Source of the DNA: Burkholderiales bacterium
GTDB taxonomy: Bacteria > Pseudomonadota > Gammaproteobacteria > Burkholderiales > Ga0077523
Assembly: GCA_022843925.1 (NCBI GenBank)
Contig: JALHMS010000022.1
Coordinates: 19,083 to 83,082 of the forward strand
Reading direction: 5' to 3'
DNA: 64,000 nt
The notes beneath the pieces are model-generated. The model was not told the origin of the DNA and searched no databases. It worked only from the letters and a program-made list of their open reading frames with translations. Made by a program: the position numbers and the translations under genes. This document shows positions 12,860-22,387 of this stretch, piece after piece (position 1 is the stretch's first letter; each line of letters starts with the position of its first letter).

Positions 12860-13365
12860 AACAGCAAGCATTGGCGCGGGTTTCTGAGCGCTAGATCAAG
12901 AAACCCACCGTCTTGCCCACCCAAATGGCATCCCGCTCTGATGTTGGGAGTTCGTTGAGTGAGTGCTAGCGGTTTCGCCGAATCTCCGGAGCGTGAACCG
13001 GCCCCCCACGGACCGGCGACAGTCTTGCCTAGCCCCTTCCCGAATACTGTGCTCGCTGACCGGAGTCCGGCGTCAATCCTTGACTGGCGACGGCCGGCTA
13101 CTTCCGCCAATGACAATAGCCAGCGCAAGTGCCTTGATGAACAACTCCATCGCTTTCGCGAGCCGATCGCGCTCGGCCTCGGTCACCAGGGCAAGCGATT
13201 TCGCCCGCATCTCCTCCGGCATCGGACCATATCGCTCCATGTGGTAAGCCACCTGGACCGCGAGTAGCCTGCCAGCGTCCGCCAGCTGCTCCCGCGTTGA
13301 CTGTTCGCCGATGATCTCGCTCGTGCGGTAGTACGCTGAGTATTCTTGCAAGTCCCCCGATGGAA

Positions 13366-13530
13366 AGTCCGCGATTGGTGCTCTGGCCGGACGAACCATT
13401 CCCGGGCAGTGGTTGAGATGGCGCAGGCGCACACCACCAGCGGCAAGGTAGAGGCGGCGTATCGCCGCGGAGACCTCTTCGGCAAGCGGCGACAGTTGAT
13501 CGATGACCGCGCGGCGTTCTGCGCCGTCGC
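13366..13530 (+). pseudogene. C-terminal remnant of a tyrosine integrase
   Basis: VRDWCSGRTNHSRAVVEMAQAHTTSGKVEAAYRRGDLFGKRRQL aligns with FRDWCAEQTNFPREVAEMSLAHTIGDKVEAAYRRGDLFEKRRRL of 62197..63447; ends approximate. Confidence 0.85.
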
Positions 13531-13745
13531 GAGTTCGACCGAATGCACAGAGTCCGGAAGCATTGAAGCCAAGCGGTGCGGTGTGACCAACGGAAGGACT
13601 GGCGGGTCCTCGGCCCTCGATAGGGCAGCCGGCATTCCACACTCGACGGCGGAATGCTTTCGGTTGGTTTGTCGGGTACACCTGTGAATTGGATCGAAGT
13701 AGTAGCGATGCCCCAAACGGCGCCACGACCTCAAGAGGCCACCAC

Positions 13746-14906
13746 ATGCCGACACGCCCGCGAACCCTAAACGTTGCCCCGGTGAATTGGGAGCTCTGGA
13801 CGCAGGTCGACCGCGTGGAAGCGTGGAAGGCCTGCGCCCTTTCGGTCGGCGTCGAACCATCTTCCCTCGAGTTCGAGCTGGACGAGGGAGTAGACGTGCT
13901 GTTGTCCTGGACCATGGCGGATGATCTGCAAGCGGAGTTCTCCCTCCGCTGCGACATTGTGACAACCTATGTCGGGTCCCCGGTACTCGCATGCTTCCAC
14001 AAGTATGGTGGCAGGCTTGGAGAGGGCAATCAGCTGAATAGCCTTGTGTCTATTCATGAGTTCGTAAGCTGGGCGCGCTCTCGCTCGTGGTCCCTTCCCC
14101 CCAACATGACCGCAATGATCCCAGAGCCGCCAGAGCCAGAAGTCGACTCCGAGGAAGAGCGATTCCGCTCCGCTGAGACCGCGATGGGCTTTCGAAATCA
14201 CCTTAGGTTGAGAGACATGGGGGATGCCAAGCCAACTTCTCCGACAGAGATCGAAACAAAGGCCGCAGTTGTCTCGAAGCTGCGCAGAAAGCAAAGCCGG
14301 CCCCGGGCGCCGAGACCCGAGTGGGATACATGGCGTGAGCTGCCTACGGCGATGCTCTGGGAGGCAGTCGCGCTATCCCTAGACGCCGCGCCGGATCCCG
14401 AGATCCAGGATGACCCCGAATCATATCGACCAAAGGACTACGAGAAGCGTCTCCTCACGGCGCATTCCCATGCTCGCGCTGAAGAGAGCTTTCTGATGGC
14501 TCCTCGCCCAGCAGTGGTTTCGCATGATGCGGTGGTGGATCTGCGGAGGTTCGGGTCCTGGGCTAGATCTCTGGGGTGGACATTGCCCGCCGAGTTTCCC
14601 TTAGAGCCCGGCACTGGCAGTCTGGTGAACACGGATGCCCAGTCCCGACGCAACCCAAATGCTGAGCGCGATGCCTGGATCGTGAAGCGGCTCGTCGAAC
14701 TGAAGAAAGAAGGCAAAAGAAAATGGACAGAAACGGTGTCAAGGGAGACGGGCCTGTCCCCGCAATGGATTCGTGAAATCTGGGCAAAAGCCCGGTCTGA
14801 AGCCGACAGGGTCGAAGAGTCGAAGGACAACGAATCGTTGCAGGAGAAAGAGCGAGCGAACACCTCAAAAGACGCCTCGAATCCGTTGAAAAAAACTCGC
14901 AACTAG
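13746..14906 (+). CDS. Hypothetical protein with an internally duplicated domain and C-terminal HTH; probable regulator upstream of alpA
   Basis: WELW...AWKACALS / WDTW...LWEAVALS and EFVSWARSRSWSLP / RFGSWARSLGWTLP; HTH-like TVSRETGLSPQWIREIW. Confidence 0.65.
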   Translation: MPTRPRTLNVAPVNWELWTQVDRVEAWKACALSVGVEPSSLEFELDEGVDVLLSWTMADDLQAEFSLRCDIVTTYVGSPVLACFHKYGGRLGEGNQLNSLVSIHEFVSWARSRSWSLPPNMTAMIPEPPEPEVDSEEERFRSAETAMGFRNHLRLRDMGDAKPTSPTEIETKAAVVSKLRRKQSRPRAPRPEWDTWRELPTAMLWEAVALSLDAAPDPEIQDDPESYRPKDYEKRLLTAHSHARAEESFLMAPRPAVVSHDAVVDLRRFGSWARSLGWTLPAEFPLEPGTGSLVNTDAQSRRNPNAERDAWIVKRLVELKKEGKRKWTETVSRETGLSPQWIREIWAKARSEADRVEESKDNESLQEKERANTSKDASNPLKKTRN

Positions 14907-14945
14907 TTCATGGGGCGGCCGAGCGCCAAGTGATTTCAATACGCT

Positions 14946-15053
14946 AACCGCAACGCCTACTCGCGGTTGACCGCAGCCATGGTTGCGGGTTGTTTAAATT
15001 CAATTAGTTAAATCACAACCCCGACTTGCGGTTGACCGCAATCGTGGTTGCGG
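14946..15053. promoter_or_regulatory. Operator array upstream of alpA: two 26-bp direct repeats of CCGCA/TGCGG boxes around an AT-rich IHF-like site
   Basis: gcggttgaccgcagccatggttgcgg (14963-14988), gcggttgaccgcaatcgtggttgcgg (15028-15053); attcaattagtta (14998-15010) matches WATCAANNNNTTR with one mismatch. Confidence 0.65.
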
Positions 15054-15094
15054 CCTCATTGTTCATACCGTCTCATGTTCTCCAACGGGCGGTC

Positions 15095-15466
15095 ATGAAA
15101 GAGCGTTCTACCGCGGCGCCGAGTGTCGCGACGCTTGGCGACAGTGAAGCCGAGCCGCAGTCCAAGCATTCGATCGACGGCGCCCTTGCCTCGTCGCAAT
15201 CTTGGCCAACCGACGGTTTCGTCCGGCAGAAGCAACTTATCCCCCACTTCATTCCGATCAGCCCCGCGACGCTCTGGCGGTGGGTGAAGGCGAATCGATT
15301 TCCAAGGCCAGTGAAACTTTCCGAGGGCGTGACCGCTTGGAAAGTGCGTGACGTAATCCTCTGGCGAGAGGGTCACGACTGGGGTGGGCACTCGGCTCAA
15401 GGGCTACGCATTCCTAGGTCGACCGCGCCCGAGCATGCGGATCTGGACGAGGAGGCGCCGCAATGA
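15095..15466 (+). CDS. AlpA family transcriptional regulator/excisionase
   Basis: GFVRQKQL...ISPATLWRWVKANRFPRPVKLSEGVTAWKVRDV. Confidence 0.88.
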   Translation: MKERSTAAPSVATLGDSEAEPQSKHSIDGALASSQSWPTDGFVRQKQLIPHFIPISPATLWRWVKANRFPRPVKLSEGVTAWKVRDVILWREGHDWGGHSAQGLRIPRSTAPEHADLDEEAPQ

Positions 15467-15678
15467 CGATGCGAGCAACGATTGAGCGGTGCGAACTCGT
15501 CTGGCGCGGCGAGGGAGGATCGCGGCTTGCGAAATGTCTCGTCGGATTGGTCGCGGATACGACCGCCAACCAGCGGCACAACCTCCAGTTCTCGCGGATC
15601 CGCCTGGACGGCAACGAAGCCGCGGGCGAGTCTGCTCTTGGGCTGGTTCTCGTGGTCAAGCACGGGGGAATTCAGTGA
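15463..15678 (+). CDS. Hypothetical protein
   Basis: Translationally coupled: ATGA overlap upstream, TGATG downstream. Confidence 0.45.
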   Translation: MTMRATIERCELVWRGEGGSRLAKCLVGLVADTTANQRHNLQFSRIRLDGNEAAGESALGLVLVVKHGGIQ

Positions 15679-15869
15679 TGCGGTATGAACCAAAGAAAGA
15701 GCTCAGTGGACTCCGCCACCGGTGTGAAGCGTGTGCAGTCCTCTTCTTCCCTAATCAGGGTGATGTCCGCTACTGCATTGACTGCCGGCTCACCCACCAC
15801 TTGATCGTCTTTACTGGAATCGCTGCCGCGCGGCACGCCGAGGAGCAGCGGCGCAAGGGGCGTTCGTGA
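15678..15869 (+). CDS. Small zinc-ribbon protein
   Basis: CEAC...CIDC; GGGGGA SD; overlaps both neighbours. Confidence 0.55.
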   Translation: MRYEPKKELSGLRHRCEACAVLFFPNQGDVRYCIDCRLTHHLIVFTGIAAARHAEEQRRKGRS

Positions 15870-16711
15870 TGGCGAACAGACTCATCCGCGACGGCATTCT
15901 GGACTCCGAGCGCTACTGGTCCGTCACGATCGAAGCGAAGCTTCTTTTCTTCCACCTGATGCTCGTGGCCGACGACATCGGCTGCCTGAGCTTGGCGCCG
16001 ATCTTCGTTCGGCGTCACTGTTTCGACGACAGACCGAGCGACGAGAAGGTTGCCAAGCTGCTGCAGGAATTGGCGGATGCCGACTTGGTGCGGATCTACA
16101 TGCACGACGGCGCACGCTACGGCTTCATTCCGCGATTTCGCCAGCGCCTCCAACGATGCACGTTAAAGTACCCAGAACCTCCCGCCGAACTGCTTAAGGG
16201 GGATGACGACGCGCAGAAAAAGCTGATAAAAATCAAACATAATCCACCAAATCCAACCGTTGGCCAACGGTTGTCCACGGTTGGCCAACGGTGTGAAATG
16301 GAAGTAGAAGTAGAAGAGAAAAAGCAACTGCATGGGGTGATCGGCGACGCCAATCACCCGCGGCCCAGCCCGCCGAGTTGCCCGCACGAACGCATCGTGG
16401 CGCTGTACCACGAATCTCTCCCCTCCCTGCCTCAAGTTCGCCATTGGACGAAGACCCGTCAGGTCTATCTCGCAAACCGTTGGCGCGAACAGGTGGCCGC
16501 CGGCGAGTACGCGACTGTCGAGGAGGGACTGACGTGGTGGGCGAAACTCTTCGCCTACGTGGGCCGTTCCAAGTTCCTGACCGGCCGGGTGGAGGCACGC
16601 GATGGTCGGCGCCCGTTCCTTGCGGACCTTGAGTGGCTCGTGAAGCCATCGAACTTCGTGAAGGTCATCGAAGGCAAGTACGACGACGCGGAGGCCCACC
16701 TTGCTGCGTGA
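15866..16711 (+). CDS. Phage-type replication initiator protein
   Basis: MANRLIRDGIL...ADDIG N-terminus, FLADLEWLVKPSNFVKVIEGKY C-terminus typical of phage replication proteins; directly precedes DnaB. Confidence 0.75.
   Translation: MMANRLIRDGILDSERYWSVTIEAKLLFFHLMLVADDIGCLSLAPIFVRRHCFDDRPSDEKVAKLLQELADADLVRIYMHDGARYGFIPRFRQRLQRCTLKYPEPPAELLKGDDDAQKKLIKIKHNPPNPTVGQRLSTVGQRCEMEVEVEEKKQLHGVIGDANHPRPSPPSCPHERIVALYHESLPSLPQVRHWTKTRQVYLANRWREQVAAGEYATVEEGLTWWAKLFAYVGRSKFLTGRVEARDGRRPFLADLEWLVKPSNFVKVIEGKYDDAEAHLAA
16216..16325. other. Putative replication origin inside the initiator gene
   Basis: Perfect 20-bp palindrome caaccgttggccaacggttg (16254-16273); gttggccaacggt repeated at 21-bp spacing; A-rich flanks. 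Confidence 0.6.
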
Positions 16712-18047
16712 ACCACCTCACAACCTCGATGCAGAGCAATCCGTGCTCGGTGGTTGCCTGCTCGACGGCACCGCCGTGGATCGTGTGCCGGAGCTTCGAC
16801 CGGCGTGCTTCTACCGGTCGACACACCGCGACATCTTCCAGGCGATCCTGGATGCCGCGGAGTCTGGGGATCCGATCGACCCGCTGACGATCGCCGAACG
16901 ATTGGAAGGTCAGGGGCTGCTGGAATCGGTCGGCGGGTTCGCTTACCTCGTGGAACTCCAGCAGAACACGCCCAGTGCTGCCAACGTCGGCGCCTATGCG
17001 CGGATCGTGGCGGACAAGTCCCGAGAGCGGGAACTGCTCGCGGCAGTCGTAGAGGTCGGCGAACGCGCGCATGGCGGAGGCACGGCTGCAGAGAAGATCG
17101 ATTTCGCTCAGGCGCGCGTCATGGCGCTCACGAAACTGGATCGCACGGCATCGAGGCGCGTTGCGGATCTCCGTGACGAGTTCCTCGCGACGATGGAGCA
17201 ACGCGCGGCGGGGGAGGCTGTGGGCACCCCGACCATGTTCCAGGACCTCGACCGCATGCTGGGCGGCATGCGCCCCGGGAGTCTCTTGATCATCGCCGCG
17301 CGCCCCTCCACAGGGAAATCCTCGCTCGCGTTGCAGATCGCTCATCGCAACGCGCGCAATGGGCGCCCGGTACTGTGCTTTTCCATGGAGATGTCGGCCC
17401 TCGAGGTGCATGACCGTCTCGTGGCCTGGGAAGCCGGGATACCCCTCGAAGGAGTGACGAGTGGCAATCCACCGACGCCGGGGCACATCCAAGCCGCGCT
17501 CGACCACATGCGCAACTGGCCCATGGAGATCGACGATTCCGCCGGCCTGAACATTCGCGAGCTTCGCGCCCGCTGCCGCGCGATGGCGAGGCGGAACAAG
17601 CCGGCGGCGGTGATTGTCGACTACCTGCAACTGATGCACGGCGATGGCGACACTCGGAATGCGCAGCTTGAAGGCATCACCCGCGGTATGAAGGCTCTCG
17701 CGAAGGAACTCGAAACGCCCGTCATTGCGCTCTCGCAGCTTTCCCGAAAATGTGAGGACCGCACTGACCGTCGGCCCATCCTCAGCGATCTGCGCGAGTC
17801 AGGTGCCATCGAGCAAGACGCCGATGTCGTCATGATGATCCATCGCGAAGAGATGAACCTGCGTGAGAAGGGTGCATGGGAGGGAAAGGCGGAATTGCTC
17901 ATCCGAAAGAATCGACAAGGTCCGACGGGTGACGTGCGTCTGGCTTGGCGTGGGTCGCATGCGGCGTTCGAAACCTTCGTAGGGGATTGGCCGGACGACA
18001 TTGGGAATGCCCGGCCAGTTCGTCGAAACGTCGGATTCCAGGCATGA
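16701..18047 (+). CDS. dnaB: Replicative DNA helicase, DnaB family (element-borne)
   Basis: PPHNLDAEQSVLG, ARPSTGKS Walker A, IVDYLQLM, LSQLSR, DLRESGAIEQDAD. Confidence 0.93.
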   Translation: MLREPPHNLDAEQSVLGGCLLDGTAVDRVPELRPACFYRSTHRDIFQAILDAAESGDPIDPLTIAERLEGQGLLESVGGFAYLVELQQNTPSAANVGAYARIVADKSRERELLAAVVEVGERAHGGGTAAEKIDFAQARVMALTKLDRTASRRVADLRDEFLATMEQRAAGEAVGTPTMFQDLDRMLGGMRPGSLLIIAARPSTGKSSLALQIAHRNARNGRPVLCFSMEMSALEVHDRLVAWEAGIPLEGVTSGNPPTPGHIQAALDHMRNWPMEIDDSAGLNIRELRARCRAMARRNKPAAVIVDYLQLMHGDGDTRNAQLEGITRGMKALAKELETPVIALSQLSRKCEDRTDRRPILSDLRESGAIEQDADVVMMIHREEMNLREKGAWEGKAELLIRKNRQGPTGDVRLAWRGSHAAFETFVGDWPDDIGNARPVRRNVGFQA

Positions 18048-18126
18048 GATTCCATCCGATCTACGCTCTGCCTCACCAGCCGCGGGCGACGACGGAGACC
18101 AGACCCGTTGTTTCGGAGTCGCGCCC

Positions 18127-18642
18127 ATGACCGCCAGGCACCACCGCATCACCCTGTTCGTCGAGGCCTACCTCGAGACGCACAACTCGGCCAAGGCAGC
18201 CATTGCCGCCGGCTACAGCCGCCGATCGGCCAAGCGGATTGGCTACAACCTCCTCCGGCATCCTGCGGTCACCTCCGCCCTGCGGGGCCGGCAGGTCGAG
18301 GTTGCCCATGCGGCTCGCCTCCGCGCCGAAGACGTCCTCACGCAACTGGCAGCGATCGTCCATGCCGACATCCGGCGTGTCTTCCATCGGGACGGGCGCG
18401 TGAAGATGCCGCACGAACTGGACGCCCAGACGGCCGCAGCGATCTCACTGTTCCATTTCGATATCGTTGACGGCGTTGTCGTGGGGGCTCGGATCCACTT
18501 CTGGAACAAGGTGACCGCCATCGAGAAGGCGATGAAGCACCTTGGTCTGTTCGATCGCGATCACGCGCAGGGGCGCGACGTTGCCGCCGAACTGCTCGCC
18601 CATGTCGCGCAGCACAACCAGGCGCTGGCGATCCGCGCGTAG
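18127..18642 (+). CDS. Terminase small subunit
   Basis: FVEAYL...NSAKAAIAAGYSRRSAKRIGYNLLRHP and KVTAIEKAMKHLGLF. Confidence 0.85.
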   Translation: MTARHHRITLFVEAYLETHNSAKAAIAAGYSRRSAKRIGYNLLRHPAVTSALRGRQVEVAHAARLRAEDVLTQLAAIVHADIRRVFHRDGRVKMPHELDAQTAAAISLFHFDIVDGVVVGARIHFWNKVTAIEKAMKHLGLFDRDHAQGRDVAAELLAHVAQHNQALAIRA

Positions 18643-18659
18643 GTATGCCAGAAACGGGG

Positions 18660-19142
18660 AACGGAGGCTGGACGGTTCCGACGTGGTCGAGCGCAAGGTC
18701 GATGTAGACCCTTGTGGACTTTCCGTCGGCGCGTGCAGGTCTGCCCACGGGGCCCGGCGGCGCGATAGCCGCGTTCACCAGAACCGAAGGCCCTCGCGCG
18801 CCCGAAAAAGCTGAGGCGGCCGCTTGCCATGCGTTGGTCGACAAAGATGGCGTGGCGAGGCATCAAGTCCGGATGCGCTGGCGGGACCGAGATGCCCGAG
18901 CCTCCCGCCAACTGGCGATCTAGCGGTAGTGCGATCGCGATGCGTTGTCCAACACCGAGGTGTCGGGGGCCGCTATGGTCGAGTATCCGGATGACCGGCG
19001 GACCTTCTTCGGGCACTACTGGATGAAAGGGACGCCGTCGCCGATGTCACCGTCGGCAGTGTGCGTCGACTACAGCGATGGTCTTGGAGGACCTCTTGTG
19101 GCGTATCGCCTGACGGAGGAGGGGAAGTCGGCATCCGCGTAG
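18660..19142 (+). pseudogene. Degraded C-terminal part of a metallophosphoesterase
   Basis: DKDGVARHQVRMRW and FFGHYW...CVDYS...GGPLVAYR split by a stop; no N-terminus. Confidence 0.6.
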
Positions 19143-19269
19143 GATTTCGTCAGGGTGGAGTAGCGCCGGTGCCTGGGGAGAGTCTGATTGCAGCATGGTG
19201 AGTAGCGTGGGGAACTGAATCGCTGCTTGATTGGGGGGGCGAAGAATCCCTGTGACGCTCTGTGGTCCC

Positions 19270-19460
19270 CGTCACGTTGCCTTCGAAAGCCAGATGGGTT
19301 AGAAAGGCTTCGACCTTGTGCACTCCAGCCATCTCCAGATGGTGGAGGCCGTGGAAGTGCACAGAGCGCCGCACCCAGTCGACGTAGGCCTTCTCGGTGT
19401 TGATACTGGAATGCTTCATACGAACCTTATGAAGTACCCGGTCGAGCAAGCGTGGTTGCG
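19270..19460 (-). pseudogene. intI: Truncated integron integrase (N-terminal domain only)
   Basis: PRLLDRV...RMKHSSINTEKAYVDWVRR..HFHG..H..EM....VEAFLTHLAFEGNV resembles the IntI N-terminus; catalytic domain absent; ends approximate. Confidence 0.8.
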
Positions 19461-19663
19461 GCGTGGCAATGTCGTCGGGTGGGGAAGCGTGCGGAACGAG
19501 AGGCGAAAAGAGCGGTACGGCAATGCAATCACCTGCCGCGTCCTATCTGTCATTTGACGTGTTCAATCACGTCATCAGGAATGCGTATGCGTAAGTCACG
19601 AAGGGAGTCCCGCATATTTGACCTTAACTAACCTTCTACTCATTGTGGAAAAAGACTCGTGAA

Positions 19664-19948
19664 ATGAGCGGACTATCTTCCCTAGATTTGCTGTTCTCGT
19701 TTGTAGTCACATGGACAGTTGTACTCGCTCCGCCAGCGACGATTAGAGCAATTCTTCGAAAGCCTCTAGCAGAATGGTCTGCCGTCACCTTGTCAGCTGC
19801 TCTCTACTTCGCAAACGTCTTCCTATTCACCGCGATGGGGAGCCAAAGCAAATCACACATGGCTTTTCTCATCGGAGCAGTGTTTTGCTACTACGTACTT
19901 CGATGGCGAAAGAATTCAAGTGCGGCCGGCCCTATTTCAAAACAATAG
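19664..19948 (+). CDS. Small membrane protein, probable integron cassette gene
   Basis: Three hydrophobic segments, low GC, divergent from the intI remnant. Confidence 0.6.
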   Translation: MSGLSSLDLLFSFVVTWTVVLAPPATIRAILRKPLAEWSAVTLSAALYFANVFLFTAMGSQSKSHMAFLIGAVFCYYVLRWRKNSSAAGPISKQ

Positions 19949-20004
19949 AAAGCAATCGGATGCGATGACAGTTTTGGCATTTTTTTGCGAGAACACACAA
20001 CATC

Positions 20005-20427
20005 ATGAATACCGTACTTCTCGCAGTCGTCTGCTTCTTCTTCTCTACTGGTCTGTATGCACAAACGTTCAAGGCAGAAGATTTGGAGAAACTCTGCACA
20101 GCAAGCGAGGATTCAGATGCGTATGCGTCATGCGTTCTAATTGTAAAGGTCTACATGGATGGGTTTATCGAAGGTGTTGGAAAGGGGGCAATTGATACGT
20201 ACAAATATGACGCACAAGTATTGGCCCAGGTGAGAGATGTCAAGATGAAAGACATGGCACCTCGAGTAAACAAGGTCGTAGAACAAGCCACCTGCATACA
20301 GCGTGTATCGGTCGCCCAGATGGTCAATGCGTATGTCGCATTCGTGCGAAAGAACTCATCAATAAGGCCGAAGAACTATCGTGAGGCAATGACGCGTGCA
20401 ATCGTGGCAACGTACTGTCAGAGGTAA
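20005..20427 (+). CDS. Secreted protein resembling Rap1a/Tai immunity proteins; cassette gene
   Basis: Signal peptide, LEKLC...C...Y..GF...C....VS..Q...YC cysteine pattern; followed by attC; family call tentative. Confidence 0.55.
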   Translation: MNTVLLAVVCFFFSTGLYAQTFKAEDLEKLCTASEDSDAYASCVLIVKVYMDGFIEGVGKGAIDTYKYDAQVLAQVRDVKMKDMAPRVNKVVEQATCIQRVSVAQMVNAYVAFVRKNSSIRPKNYREAMTRAIVATYCQR

Positions 20428-20445
20428 CGATGCCGAAGTGGAATC

Positions 20446-20526
20446 GCCCAACTTTGCCATCAACTCGGAAGTGCAGAGGGGCAGCGTCGCTTAGCTTCTG
20501 CACGCCAGTTATGGCGAACGTTGAGG
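20446..20526 (+). other. Integron attC recombination site
   Basis: R'' GCCCAAC, L'' CCATCAAC with extra C, internal GTGCAGA/TCTGCAC stem, L' GTTATGG, R' GTTGAGG. Confidence 0.8.
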
Positions 20527-20705
20527 CTGAAGAAAAAACGCCTCCCGCCCCTTGTCGCCGGGCATAGCGCTGGGCAGCATCTCTGCAATCTCGTTGCTTC
20601 ACGGGTGGTCGAGATAGCGCGGTGTCGGGACGTCGACATGCTGAACGATTCCACAAATGCGGCCGCTACAATCGACAGCTTCATGGGCTTCGTCGCACAG
20701 GACGC

Positions 20706-21245
20706 ATGGAACGTCATTCCAATCCCCACATGCAGCGCGCTCACCGGGTGCTTGCGATGGTGCACGAGCTCCATAAGCTCGGTTACCAGCGGCTTCGAAT
20801 CGCGCCTGGAGAGTCGCCATCGGGGGCGCACTGGCGGTGCTCCGTCACTCATGTGGGGAACATCCAACGGTCGCACGGCGCCCTGATGTGCGACTTCCAA
20901 CGAGATGCGGCCCACTACACGACGGGGCAGGGCAACAATTGCTTTGGGTGGGACGACGCGCAGCGCGACACGGGCCGGCAGCTCGCCTCCAAGTTCGTGG
21001 AGCGCTTCCCCGATATCGCTCGGTTGGGTAGCGGAGCTGACTGGCCATACGCAGGATGGTATGTACAGATGTTGGGGTTGGCTGAGCGGGGGGAGTTCCC
21101 CATTGCGTATGCCGACTGGTTTTCCAAGCCGCCCGCGGGCTGGCTACCGACAACTGCAGGCTTTGTCAGCGGCCTCCCCATGCCGCCTGCCGGTGAGGGC
21201 AGTCCCAGTGCCGCACCAGACGCGGCGGAGAATGGCGGGGATTGA
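20706..21245 (+). CDS. Hypothetical protein
   Basis: Protein-like ORF RVLAMVHELHKLGYQRLRI...YAGWY; start at ATG 20706. Confidence 0.65.
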   Translation: MERHSNPHMQRAHRVLAMVHELHKLGYQRLRIAPGESPSGAHWRCSVTHVGNIQRSHGALMCDFQRDAAHYTTGQGNNCFGWDDAQRDTGRQLASKFVERFPDIARLGSGADWPYAGWYVQMLGLAERGEFPIAYADWFSKPPAGWLPTTAGFVSGLPMPPAGEGSPSAAPDAAENGGD

Positions 21246-21314
21246 TGTGGTTCCAGGATCCGTAGCTTTCCGGCGCGCCGCCTCGGAACTCAGTCATTGC
21301 CGGGAGTGTGAAAC

Positions 21315-21641
21315 ATGGCAGGTGAAATCCATCTCATAGAGAAGATGGGGCACGTGAAATGCGTTGATAAGGCTGCAGCTGTTTGGGAGAGCGGCTGGTG
21401 GGCCGTATCGTCAGACACCGCGGCTAGGCTGATCGGAGGCCGCATCTTTCTCCACAAGACTCAGCAAGAGCCCTCCTTCTTCGGCGGACGCATCATGGAC
21501 TTCCGCATCGAAACGAGCGGAATCTGGACGGGGCGCATCATCTTTTCGTTCACGCCCTTGCCTGAGTGTAAGGACGCTACGACTGGCAGCGATGGGTGGA
21601 GCATGGAGAAGAAAATTGTCTACGATTCAGGACGAGAGTAA
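21315..21641 (+). CDS. Hypothetical protein
   Basis: GGGAG SD; WESGWW...LIGGRIFLH...SFFGG globular ORF. Confidence 0.65.
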   Translation: MAGEIHLIEKMGHVKCVDKAAAVWESGWWAVSSDTAARLIGGRIFLHKTQQEPSFFGGRIMDFRIETSGIWTGRIIFSFTPLPECKDATTGSDGWSMEKKIVYDSGRE

Positions 21642-21715
21642 GCCTAGGGTACCGACTGACATTGGTGCTGGTGGGTTTCCCCAACGGGGCGCGCTACGGT
21701 TGTCACCCATGAACA

Positions 21716-22128
21716 ATGTACCGCGTAGGCAGACCTGACGAGGCACCAGTGGCTGGGGCACTACTGCTTGTTGACTTCGAGAATGTGCAACAGGTGGATC
21801 TCTCGCGTTTGCAAGATGACACGGACGCCATCGTCTTCGTTGGAGCAAGTCCAGTCAGAAGGCGGTGCCAATCGAGCTTGTGGCCTCTGCACAGACGCGG
21901 GGCGCGCGCCTGGAATGGCACCGTGTAGACGGCAACGGCGGCAACGCGCTAGATTTTCATGTCGCTTGCCATCTCGGCCGTGTGTTTGAGAGGGCCTCGC
22001 GCCTGTGTTGGATGGTGCTGTCGAAAAACAAAGGCCTCGATCCGCTCGTGCGCCAGTTGTATACGTTCGGCCTCGCGTGCCGTCGCATGGAAAGCCTATC
22101 TGAACTCGACCTGTTGGTCAGAAACTGA
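21716..22128 (+). pseudogene. Frameshifted PIN-domain protein
   Basis: LLVDFENVQ...VFVG in one frame; GNGGNALDFH...LSKNKGLDPL in another; shift near 21850. Confidence 0.7.
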
Positions 22129-22387
22129 TCGGCGCGAACAGACCCTTCTGGACTTTTCGTGAACGCGTGCAAACTTGCCGACGGGGCCCAGCTTCGCGAT
22201 AGCCGCCGTCATCAGAACCGAAAGCCGGCCAGTGCCGGGAATAGTGGTGTCGGCTGACAGGTCTCTACCGCGCCCGCTCCGGAATCACCCCCGGACGAGT
22301 TGAATGGCCGCGAAGTCGATCGTATGGTGAAAGTACGTGCCGATGGGCGACGACCTCCGGCTGTGACGACCTGCAAGGGGACAACAG

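Noticed and set aside
13073-13957. 294-aa minus-strand ORF
   Set aside because: Composite: it overlaps the integrase relic and the 13746 gene on the opposite strand; only the last ~90 aa look protein-like, with no start
14941-15060. CRISPR-like repeat-spacer-repeat
   Set aside because: Only two imperfect repeats, no cas genes; better explained as operators
21641-21710. Second attC after the 108-aa ORF
   Set aside because: No RYYYAAC/GTTRRRY pair with a matching stem could be found
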